Below are positions 49,911 through 59,457 of a DNA stretch of 64,000 bases, piece after piece. The position numbers and the translations under genes were made by a program. This DNA comes from Anthoceros angustus. Taxonomy: Eukaryota; Plantae; Anthocerotophyta. Position 1 is the stretch's first letter; each line of letters begins with the position of its first letter. The notes beneath the pieces were generated by a model. That model saw nothing but the letters and a program-made list of their open reading frames with translations. It was not told the DNA's origin and made no database searches. The stretch lies in the NCBI GenBank assembly GCA_010909165.1, contig MU008167.1, positions 620,001 to 684,000 of the forward strand. Direction: 5' to 3'.

Positions 49911-50179
49911 ACAGAATACTATTCAACGGTAGAAACAGAGAAAAGTGGGTTGCCACTTATATCACCCGGTCGTTCACGTCTTATGCTCCCTTAAGGAGTG
50001 ACACGGTAGCCAGGAGTTTATTGGAACTCCGTATTTATGCCCTTCGAGTGATACGGTAGAACAAGAAGAATATAGTATATTCCACTTGGACGGAATTTTC
50101 TTGTCATGGGACTTGGTACTTAATAACTTGTATCGTGCTGTGCCCAAGCTACTTGCACCAAGGGCATCCACTCCCTTCA

Positions 50180-50585
50180 GGCACCCCATCTAAGTACCGA
50201 TCTAATCTAAGCACAGGATGCTTTAGGCACCGCATCTAAATCTAAGCGTAGGATGCTTTAGGCACCACATCTACATCTAAGCGGAGGATGCTTAGCACCC
50301 CATCTAAGTACCGATCTAGGCACACGAGGCACCCCATCTAAGTACCGATCTAGGCACACGAGGCACCCCATCTAAGTACCGATCTAGGCACAGGATGCTT
50401 AGGCACCCCATCTAAGTGCAGGATGCTTTAGGCACCCCATCTAAGTACCGATCTAAACGTAGAATGCTTAATAAAGGCGTTCTTATAAATGCTTAGGCCA
50501 AATGGACACACATTTAATATCGATCTAAGCACAGGATGCTTTTGGCACCCCATCTGTAGCACCCCATCTAAGTACTGATCTAAGC
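50180..50585. repeat. Minisatellite, ~30-45 bp variable units
   Basis: About 10 copies of GCACCCCATCTAAGTACCGATCTA(A/G)GCACAGGATGCTT(T)AG and deletion variants. Confidence 0.9.
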
Positions 50586-50921
50586 CGTCCCTGGGTACTT
50601 GGACTCCAGCAAAATGTTGGAATTTTTTGGGCCTCCGTGCACCCCAGTCGTTCTAGGTTAAGCTCTTGCTCATTTTCGCACCATTTTCCTCAAAAGCACT
50701 GCAATCGTTCTCAGCGCTGTAGATCCCATTCGTACTAGATATGTTCCATTCCATCTACCTATCACCTATACTTGATGACATCTGCATCAAATTCTCCACG
50801 ATCAAATCAGACTGAGTTAGAATTTCTACAGCTCAAATGGGTCAAACTGAATGGAAATCACCACGGCAATATTCGCGCCATACCCACGGTCCACCGTAGG
50901 TGACCGTGGATGGGCTGCTGA

Positions 50922-51289
50922 GGCCCGTTTCACACGGGGGATATAGTTTGTGACACGCCTCTCGTGATTGGAGGACAAATTGCTCCCCGTTTCACACGGA
51001 AAAGAAACCCCGACAAGAAACACAGGCCAACGGGCCAGGTGCTTTCTGACAGTAGCTTTGTACCCTGCGCGTACCCAAGGTCAAGACAAACATGGATCTG
51101 TCTGCCGTATATGTCAGGATTCGTTCTGATTGCCCCCGTCAGGCATTGTATACCGCGCTTGCGAAATGACATCAGAAAAAGTTCCTTTCCCCAGTGTAGA
51201 TTTCCACGTGGGGTATATTCAACCCTCCTCCTTGACATCGCCCTAATATGTCAGACATACACCGGCCACGTGAAATTGTGGAACGGGCC
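50922..51289. mobile_element. PIF/Harbinger-like (Tourist-type) MITE
   Basis: TIRs GGCCCGTTTCAC / GTGGAACGGGCC (1 mismatch), flanks TGA / TAA (near 3-bp TWA-type TSD), internal repeat CCGTTTCACACGG. Confidence 0.55.
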
Positions 51290-51434
51290 TAATGAAAAGG
51301 GAAGGGAAGAACGCACTGCCTTCTGTGTCAGAGAAGGGGAATGCACAATGCGAAGAAGACAGTCCTCGCGAAATAGGGAGGTGGGATTAGAAACCAATTC
51401 CGTGAGCAGGTTCAGAAATCCTGTTCACAAGCTT

Positions 51435-52163
51435 TCAAACTGCTTGCTGACCAGGTCTTTGCAAATCATCAATGTGGCTGGCAATGGGGGCCAAATCAGG
51501 CACAGCCGGGCCCCGCATCAAGGACGATGCATCAGGGAGAGAGGGGCGCCGGGACTTCACTTCGGCAGCCCACTCGACTCCCACAGGGGTCTTCAGTAGC
51601 CCTATGGTGTTGGTAAAGAACTCGTCCAGCTTCTGGTGCCTCGACGTCTCATACTCCATGGCTTGCAACTGCAGCTCCACCTTGTCCAGATCCTTCACGA
51701 ACTTGGCTTCCGGCGTCACGCCGCCTTCGTACTCCCACCAAAGTGCCTTGATGGCGTCAGCCCCAGTTCCCGACCCCAGCTTGGTGCACAGAGTGAGGAT
51801 GGCGTTCTCCTCCAGTGTGTGCTTTTCCTCCTTCGTTTTCCCGCAATGAGGGGTGATGTCCCCCACAAGCGCCTCCGCAATATCGTGCACCACAGCCAGA
51901 CTCACACACTTGTTCGCGTCCACGCCCTCCTGCTTGGGAGCGACCAGTGCCATAACCGCCATGCGGTACATGTGATCCGCCACAGATTCGGTGTTCTCCA
52001 AGCCCTGCAAATGCCACCCCCTCCGAACGGTCGTCTTCAGCAATCCCACGTCCATGAGAAAGTCGATGGTGGACGCCACGGACTGCGGATGCCCCTCCGT
52101 TGCCACACTGTCGACACCGACAGAGAGCTCCGGCGCATTGGAACACAGAGCTGGACTGGCCAT
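51435..52163 (-). CDS. HDDC2: HD-domain 5'-deoxynucleotidase (HDDC2/YGK1-like), single coding exon
   Basis: 242 aa ORF with LKTTVRRGW, ESVADHMYRM, VHDIAEALVGDITP, WWEYE, FVKDLDKVE..QAMEYE. Confidence 0.92.
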   Translation of the reverse strand: MASPALCSNAPELSVGVDSVATEGHPQSVASTIDFLMDVGLLKTTVRRGWHLQGLENTESVADHMYRMAVMALVAPKQEGVDANKCVSLAVVHDIAEALVGDITPHCGKTKEEKHTLEENAILTLCTKLGSGTGADAIKALWWEYEGGVTPEAKFVKDLDKVELQLQAMEYETSRHQKLDEFFTNTIGLLKTPVGVEWAAEVKSRRPSLPDASSLMRGPAVPDLAPIASHIDDLQRPGQQAV

Positions 52164-52900
52164 TCTGGCGACCAGATCTCAACTTCGTTAGGCAGAAGCG
52201 CAAAGACACACAATCACGTGGTCGTGTCACAGGCAAATAATAGGCCAACTCCGCCGCGAAGATGGAAGCAGGAGCTGAGAAGCAGAAGAAGCGCAAAGGA
52301 GGCCGCCTAGAGACGGCAACCAGTGACTGTCGCTCGTCCTGCCGCTTTTTTTCCTCTCAGGCTCCTGCTTCCGTTTCCTCTCCTCTCACGCTCCTGTTTC
52401 CGCTTCCGCTCACGACGGCACATCTTCTCTTCCCGGCTGCTTTGGACTCTCAGCCCGCCCTCCCGCTAACTCCCAACGAGGCAACGAGGTGGAGATGTCC
52501 GAACTAGGGTTAGGGTTAGGGCTCGAATTAGGGTAGGCTGCTTCCAACAACAGCGGCGTTCGCACCTTGAGGTCGTTGGGGAGGAGTACATGGAACCTTG
52601 AGTGGACAGTCTTCCGCTTGGCAATCCTCGGGAATGAATTGTGTCTGAACAGATGTGTGTCATTTTGAACCTACCATCGATGCCACTAAACGGAGCCTAT
52701 TCTCACTTCGCCCATTTCCCTGTAATCCATGAGATTCACCGGACGAGAGCATCATAGTCGACGCAGACGCACCTGTTGGGTGTTTCCATTCGTTTGATGA
52801 CTTTGATGCAGGCTGACGTGGGCTTCTAAGTGCATACTATTCAGAAGAACGGACATTAGAGTGAAGGAAGGGACATATTTCAGTGGCGAGCCTCTACATG

Positions 52901-54003
52901 CTGTGGAGCATCCCACATACTGGTCCTCAAAACCTTGCACATCCTGCACCATTCAGTTGATGCCATGCTTGGGGGAAACAATGGCAAAAGTATGTGAGCG
53001 TACCACCTGAGGATAGTCTACCTCCGCGGAGGCTTCAGACAAGAGACGGGTCCGTGAGGGAAAGCTCAAATTGTGGTGCTCAATTCTCAGGGCAGCTGGG
53101 TTACAGAGGGTGCTAGGAAAAGGTGGGAAGAGTTGAGCGTGCTGGTGAGCGATGCCTGCTGTAGAACGTGTCGTCGATATTGCGGTATGCTCTGCCAGCG
53201 AAGGTGGATATGGAGACAGCCATGTGCGCAACTGGCGCACTGGAGCTGGGTTCTGGCCTCAGGCTCGACTCCAGAGACTCTCGGCATGCTGCTTCTGCTC
53301 CTTGCACTTCATCCATGCACAGGGCGACAGGGCGTGGAGTGGCAGCAACTTGTCTGGATCCTGGAAAGGCCAATTTGTGGGGTAGCAAGCGCTGTCGCAT
53401 TACCTCTGCTTGTCGAAGTTCGACGTGCGAAACGTTAGCGAATGACGAAGCCTGTGGAGCATCCCACATACTGGTCCTCAAAACCTTGCACATCCTGCAC
53501 CATTCAGTTGATGCCATGCTTGGGGGAAACAATGGCAAAAGTATGTGAGCGTACCACCTGAGGATAGTCTACCTCCGCGGAGGCTTCAGACAAGAGACGG
53601 GTCCGTGAGGGAAAGCTCAAATTGTGGTGCTCAATTCTCAGGGCAGCTGGGTTACAGAGGGTGCTAGGAAAAGGTGGGAAGAGTTGAGCGTGCTGGTGAG
53701 CGATGCCTGCTGTAGAACGTGTCGTCGATATTGCGGTATGCTCTGCCAGCGAAGGTGGATATGGAGACAGCCATGTGCGCAACTGGCGCACTGGAGCTGG
53801 GTTCTGGCCTCAGGCTCGACTCCAGAGACTCTCGGCATGCTGCTTCTGCTCCTTGCACTTCATCCATGCACAGGGCGACAGGGCGTGGAGTGGCAGCAAC
53901 TTGTCTGGATCCTGGAAAGGCCAATTTGTGGGGTAGCAAGCGCTGTCGCATTACCTCTGCTTGTCGAAGTTCGACGTGCGAAACGTTAGCGAATGACGAA
54001 GCC
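52901..54003. repeat. Apparently perfect 551-bp tandem duplication covering the PPR gene 5' end
   Basis: Unit starts ctgtggagcatcccac at 52901 and 53452. The ORF track gives identical peptides offset by 551. Confidence 0.95.
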
Positions 54004-56940
54004 TCGTGGAGCTGGAGCCTTTCCAGGAATTCAGCCCGTTTAAGACAATGTCTGATCGGAGGAGGTGAGCGGGAGGAGCTCCTGGGGTGGCAGGTTTCCC
54101 TGGATCATGCACTTCGGTGGTATAGCAGACAACATAAGAGCTCCCGATCTTCTGATTTGCTGTGTCGGAAATCCAAGAAGGGCCCCTGTGTAGACAGCTT
54201 TTACATGCCAGGTGGGGTGAATGAGCAGCTGGCTGCTCTGTCTGTGCAGATGGGTCCTGCATCCAACTGGATCGTACCGGATGATCTTCACAGGCCCTCA
54301 GGCCACGAGAGGGGTATGACTTTTGAATCCGTGAGCAAGCTATGTCAGGAGTTACAGCTCATTGAGGCTGTTGAGACGTTGGGAGCTCTAGTGCAAATGG
54401 GCTACCGGACTTCTCAATCTCTACTTTTTACTGTTTTGAAGAGATGTGTGGTTGAGAGGGATCTGGTTCTTGGGCGCCGTGTGCATGCCCTCACTGTGAA
54501 GAATGGGTTGGGGTCAGATACGTACTTGTGCAACCACATACTGCGGATGTATGCGTCTCATACCAGGTTGCAGGAAGCGATGGATGTGTTTACTGCGGTC
54601 GTCAGTCCAGATGCCTTCATGTGGTCGTCTATAGTCTCCGCGCATGTAAAACATGGCCATGATAAGCAGGCGATACAACTGTATCATCAAATGCGCAGGT
54701 CAAGTGTGAAGCCAGATGGTCATGTGTTTGTAGCAGCCCTTCAGGCTTGTGCAAGGGGAGCAGACTTGTTAACTGGGAAGCAGGTGCATGCTGATGTGCT
54801 GGCCACTGGGGTCGAGCCTGATTTTTTTGTTTGTAGTTGTTTGGTGGACATGTATGCCAAGTGTGGCAGCTTGGCGGAAGCTCAAAGAGTGTTTGATGGA
54901 CTTGGTGAAAAGAATGTGGTGACGTGGACTTCTCTGATATCAGGATATTGCCAGCAGGGCAGGGGTCAGGAAGCCCTTCATCTATACAGTGCCATGCGAG
55001 AAGAAGGCATTGCTGTTCCAAATTCTGCAACGTTTGTCTCCCTTCTGCAAGCATGTGCAAATGTGGGTGCCCCTGCTTTGGAGGAGGGGAAACAAATACA
55101 TGCACAGATTAATGGCCAAGGACTTAAGGTTGACAATGTCATAGGGGGCAGCCTGATAAACATGTATGCAAAGTGTGGCAGCTTGGAAGATGCTCAAAAG
55201 GTGTTTGACGGACTTGAAGAAAAGAGCACTATCACATGCACTGCAATGATAGCAGGATATTTTAAGTGTGGTTGCGTGGAAGATGCTCAGGCCTTGTTTG
55301 ACAGGTTTCCTCAGAAAGACGCTGTGATGTGGAACACGATGATTGCTGGATATTCCCAACAGTGCATGGGACAGGAGGCCCTGTGTCTTTACAGGGTTAT
55401 GCAAGAAGAAGAGATTGTTGTCCCAACTTCTGTCACGTTTGTGTGCCTCTTGCAGGCGTGTGCAGTCGTCGGCTTGTCAGCTTTGGAAACGGGGAAGCAG
55501 CTTCATGCGCAGATTGGAAAGCGAGGACTTCAGACTGACTTGGCTGTGGCTTGCAGCTTGGTAAACATGTATGCGAAATGTGGTAGCGTAGCAGATGCAC
55601 GAAGAGTGTTTGATAGCCTTCCTTTTAAAAATGTGGTGACGTGGAATGCCATGATAGCAGGCTATTCCCAGCAGGGCATGAGCGAGAAAGCCTTCAATGT
55701 TTACAGCACTATGCAAGAAGAAGGCATTTCCACACCTGATGCTGTGACATTTGTGTGCCTCCTACAGGCATGTGCAAGTGAGGGTAACTCATCTTTGGGG
55801 AAAGGGCAGCAGCTACATGCACAGATTCGAGAGAGAGGGTTTCAGGCTGATGTGTTTGTGGCGAATAGTCTGGTTAACATGTATGCAAAGTGTGGCAGCT
55901 TGGAAGATGCTCAACGAGTGTTTGACGGACTTGGTAGAAAAAATGTTGTGTCGTGGACGGCCATGATTGCAGGGTATGCCCAGCAGGGTATGGGGGTGGA
56001 AGCCCTTCGTCTGTACCAGGCTATGCAAGAAGAAGGCATTGTCGCACCTGACCCTGTGACATACGTGTGCCTCTTGCAGGCATGTGCAAATGTGGCAGCT
56101 TTGCATCTGGGAAAGCAGCTTCATGCTCAGATTGAAGAACAATGCCTTCTAGCTGATGTTCTTGTAGCTGTCAGTTTAATAAACATGTATGTCAAGTCCG
56201 GGAGCATGGTGGAGGCACACCAGGTGTTTGAGGCAATGCCTGAAAGAGGTGACATTGCCTGGAACTCGCTGATTGCAGGCTACACTTGTCAAGGAGACAG
56301 CGAAGTGGTCTTTGACTTGTTTCACAGGATGAGAGATGATGGCATATGGCCAGCCAGTAGCACTTTCATTAGTGTGCTTACAGTATGCAGTCATGCAGGT
56401 CTAGTGAACGAGGGGCAACAGTATTTTCAGGATATGAGCAGAGACTATGGCATCACTCCCATGTTGGAGCACTACACATGCATGGTCGATCTCCTGGGTC
56501 GTGCGGGCCAATTGGACGAGGCCCTGGCCTTGGTAAGGACCATGCCTGCCCCGCCTGATGCTGCAGTTTGGCACATTTTATTGGGTGCTTGTCTAAAGTG
56601 GAACAATGTGGAGATGGGACGCCTTTCCTTTGATGAAGCGGTAAGGCTAGACAGACAAGACGCTGCAGCATATGTCTTGATGTCAAACATATACACTAGA
56701 GCTGATATGTGGGAGCAGGCATGGGGAATGCACGCGAAGAGAAAAGAAATTGGAGCATGGAAGCAGCCAGGCCAGAGCTGGTGGACGGACATGGACGGAC
56801 TGGTGCATAGTTTTCTGGTGGGGTTTAGGAAGCATATTTGCGAGGCTGGAGCAGCTTTTTTGCAGAATGAAAACCAGGGTATGGTGAACATCTGGCAGGG
56901 CATGTCTGAAGTTGAAAGTTCATCTCTGTGCTCACAGTGA
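53761..56940 (+). CDS. PLS-class pentatricopeptide repeat protein with E1/E2 and truncated DYW (WW-type) extension; candidate organellar RNA-editing factor
   Basis: Intronless ORF, first ATG 53761. P-L-S triads (MYAKCGS..A..VFD; W..MIAGY; TFVCLLQAC), an SS motif, P2-L2-S2 (CSHAGLV..G; HYTCMVDLLGRAG), E motifs, KQPGQSWWTDMDGLVHSFLVG. No HxE/CxxC. Confidence 0.95.
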   Translation: METAMCATGALELGSGLRLDSRDSRHAASAPCTSSMHRATGRGVAATCLDPGKANLWGSKRCRITSACRSSTCETLANDEASWSWSLSRNSARLRQCLIGGGEREELLGWQVSLDHALRWYSRQHKSSRSSDLLCRKSKKGPCVDSFYMPGGVNEQLAALSVQMGPASNWIVPDDLHRPSGHERGMTFESVSKLCQELQLIEAVETLGALVQMGYRTSQSLLFTVLKRCVVERDLVLGRRVHALTVKNGLGSDTYLCNHILRMYASHTRLQEAMDVFTAVVSPDAFMWSSIVSAHVKHGHDKQAIQLYHQMRRSSVKPDGHVFVAALQACARGADLLTGKQVHADVLATGVEPDFFVCSCLVDMYAKCGSLAEAQRVFDGLGEKNVVTWTSLISGYCQQGRGQEALHLYSAMREEGIAVPNSATFVSLLQACANVGAPALEEGKQIHAQINGQGLKVDNVIGGSLINMYAKCGSLEDAQKVFDGLEEKSTITCTAMIAGYFKCGCVEDAQALFDRFPQKDAVMWNTMIAGYSQQCMGQEALCLYRVMQEEEIVVPTSVTFVCLLQACAVVGLSALETGKQLHAQIGKRGLQTDLAVACSLVNMYAKCGSVADARRVFDSLPFKNVVTWNAMIAGYSQQGMSEKAFNVYSTMQEEGISTPDAVTFVCLLQACASEGNSSLGKGQQLHAQIRERGFQADVFVANSLVNMYAKCGSLEDAQRVFDGLGRKNVVSWTAMIAGYAQQGMGVEALRLYQAMQEEGIVAPDPVTYVCLLQACANVAALHLGKQLHAQIEEQCLLADVLVAVSLINMYVKSGSMVEAHQVFEAMPERGDIAWNSLIAGYTCQGDSEVVFDLFHRMRDDGIWPASSTFISVLTVCSHAGLVNEGQQYFQDMSRDYGITPMLEHYTCMVDLLGRAGQLDEALALVRTMPAPPDAAVWHILLGACLKWNNVEMGRLSFDEAVRLDRQDAAAYVLMSNIYTRADMWEQAWGMHAKRKEIGAWKQPGQSWWTDMDGLVHSFLVGFRKHICEAGAAFLQNENQGMVNIWQGMSEVESSSLCSQ

Positions 56941-57456
56941 GAAACTGGATCCGATGGCGGAAAATGTCCCGGATGAATTATGCTTCTAAGAATCATGGCT
57001 GCCTTTTCCAGTTTAACTTCGTTAATACTGTGTGCGACAGGTACTGTTGTGGCAGCAACGTTGGTGGACAGACAAAGTCAAGCTGTTGTGTAACAGGCGG
57101 CTCACTGATAAAGTTTTATTTTTAAATTGATTTAAATTATGTAATAAATATTTATAATGGGAAAAGGGTTTCAACATAGCGAAGGCCGGAAGTCCCGGAA
57201 AGTATCCGCTGGTTTGGAGACTGGGACCATCGTACCGGGACTATCGACTATCTTGACTGCCTCACGTTTGTTACATTTCGGGACTTGGTATTAACTATGC
57301 GGTTCCTTAAGAACTTGGGAAAAAACTGAGTGCGGGCCGTGTTTGCGCATGCAAGTACCGCAGGTAGTGGATGTAGCTATTGGGCACCTGCTGCCTAATG
57401 GATTAAGTTTGTTTGGGTGTACGATATTAGGTGAAGTAAAAGTAAATTATTAATTA

Positions 57457-57459
<3 letters not shown>

Positions 57460-57489
<30 letters not shown>
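57460..57489. repeat. (TA)n microsatellite
   Basis: ~15 TA units. Confidence 0.95.
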
Positions 57490-57492
<3 letters not shown>

Positions 57493-57630
57493 AGTATACA
57501 AAAGATATGGTCATAGTTTTTAAGTATATAATTTTTAAAATTTTGGCGCAGGGTCAGTTCTGGCCAGCTTCTTTACACATTAAAAGAAGATGTTAGTCTT
57601 GAATGCCGTAACCGAGTCCTTGCGTGGAGA

Positions 57631-57987
57631 GGAGCTTGTAATTAGCTACATTAGGGGCAGGAGGAGTTTAGTTTCTTCAACTTCAATGGAAAGAGATGGA
57701 GCTTGTAATTAGCTACATTAGGGGCAGGAGGGGTTTAGTTTCTTCAACTTCAATGGAAAGAGAGGGCCTGCGTCTCAATCTTCGAAGCAATTAATGCTTC
57801 ATGAGTGTAAAATCCTTCAACTTCAATGGAAAGAGAGGGCCTGCGTCTCAATCTTCGAAGCAATTAATGCTTCATGAGTGTAAAATTTGGCGTGGCATGC
57901 CATGCCCCGTCCATCACGATTCCTCTCTCATCATGGTATACACTGAACACAACACCTCTCTCATCATGGTATACACTGAACACAACA
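57631..57987. repeat. Three consecutive direct-repeat doublets (~67, ~72 and 33 bp)
   Basis: ggagcttgtaattagc...ggaaagaga x2; ttcaacttcaatgg...gtgtaaaat x2; cctctctcatcatggtatacactgaacacaaca x2. Confidence 0.9.
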
Positions 57988-58214
57988 CCATATAGCGGTC
58001 CATATAGGGCCGTCACTGTCGTATTTTGCCGAGCACGCACTGCACAACCCCAGTATGTGCACCCACACCATAACGAGGTTGTGATGTAAACCATGCTTAA
58101 TTTCAAAACCATGTGAGGGGAGTATGAACCGAGCGCAGGCTGTTTCAAACAAACAAAAGCTAAAGAAAAACAGATTAACTTAAACCAAGCATTCTGGCCG
58201 CCAAGCGTGCTTCG

Positions 58215-58990
58215 TCCATGGAGTGTCCACTGAAGGTGCAATTTCCTAGGCTTGGTCAATTCTACACCGACGATCTAACTTGGCAGGTTCTGAAGGATTT
58301 GAAGATTACCCTACATTCCGTGGAGTAGAGTAGAAGATTTCATTTCTGGTGAAAGCTTCAAATGTGTTGCAAGTTTCTATCGGAAGGATTCAAAGACTCA
58401 AAATTCACTGCCACCACCAATTTGTGCCGTCCTTGGACACCGTAGTCACATATATCAGGTACCTTCTACAACTTTCAAGTTCTCTGCACTAATTTCCATG
58501 ACTACGTGGGTTTCTTGGCTCGGTGGCCTATGTCCATGTGCTTTCTTTGCCTTAAGTTTAAACCAAATCTTGCTATTTGTTGTCGTGTGTTTCTATGTAG
58601 GTATTGGTGTTCATATGGACCGGAAGATTTCCGAGCTGCTACTACACCCAAAAATGTGTGCATGAAGACCGAATGTATGGCCAATTTTGTTGTGAGGCAA
58701 TTGCTCTTATTCCTTGAAGTTGCTCAAATCTTCTTCATGAAGGAGCGCATGTAGATCGTGCACGTGATCTCTGTCATGGTCCGCAATATGTGGGACACCC
58801 TAAATTGTCTAGAGTTCCTTGGCTCTCGAAAGAGAAAAAGGATTGGGTTAAACATTGTCTTTCTGTGCTGGAGATTATGCCTCGATATTTTAAAGTTAAC
58901 CAGCCTTTGTTGAGTATTTCAATAAGCAATGCGGTGACTCTATAGGTATTATTATTTCGTTGTGCAGAAAGGGTTGCGTGAATGGATGGT
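58215..58990 (+). pseudogene. Relic of a SWIM-zinc-finger/MULE-related protein (N-terminal region, At4g13970/At1g60560-like)
   Basis: PLKVQFPRLGQFYTDDLTW..IPWSRVEDFISGES-[intron]-YWCSYGPEDFR..KTECMANFVVRQL..EVAQI..(frameshift)HVDRARDLCHGPQ..PWLS. Resembles the recalled family pattern LPVQNP..EFSS.DL.W/IPY.RVDDF..GE/YWCSFGP/GC.CHF.VKRL/HVD..G..CHGP. Confidence 0.65.
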
Positions 58991-59457
58991 GACATAATGT
59001 CGGCTGTGGGTAATGTTTCGCATTTCTTTATGGCAGGCAGACATGTGGTTGAAGAACAGTGCCGGCATCCGCATGGCCTGGTGTGTGTACGCCCAGCAAT
59101 GACGCTTTCTCCATGACCACGTCATGAACACCAGAAATCAAGCGCCTCAGCAGCCTCACGTCCATCCATGGGGGCGGGGGTGAAGAGAGCCGAGGTGGTG
59201 GCGGAAGTTTGGGGAACAACAACACCACATTGATTGTGTGTGTGTGGAGGTACGTGTATTGCCGTTTCCAGGCTGTAACTGGTACGATGCGAGTGTAACC
59301 AGCCGGCCGGAAGAGAAGGCTGCATTCCTTGGGAGTACTACCACCTGGGCTAGCTCCAGCGGAAGTGGAGCTGGAACAGCCCCTCCCCTCGGGACGCATG
59401 GGCCGAGTGGGCGGCCAAAGACAGCCGGAATCTCTTGCCTGAGGCTGTTTTAAAGCT

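Noticed and set aside
51472-52310. Plus-strand ORFs of 125-224 aa
   Set aside because: Antisense shadows of the GC-rich HDDC2 coding sequence with no recognisable motifs.
52505-52535. Interstitial telomere (TTAGGG x3)
   Set aside because: Too short; at most a telo-box-like promoter or leader motif.
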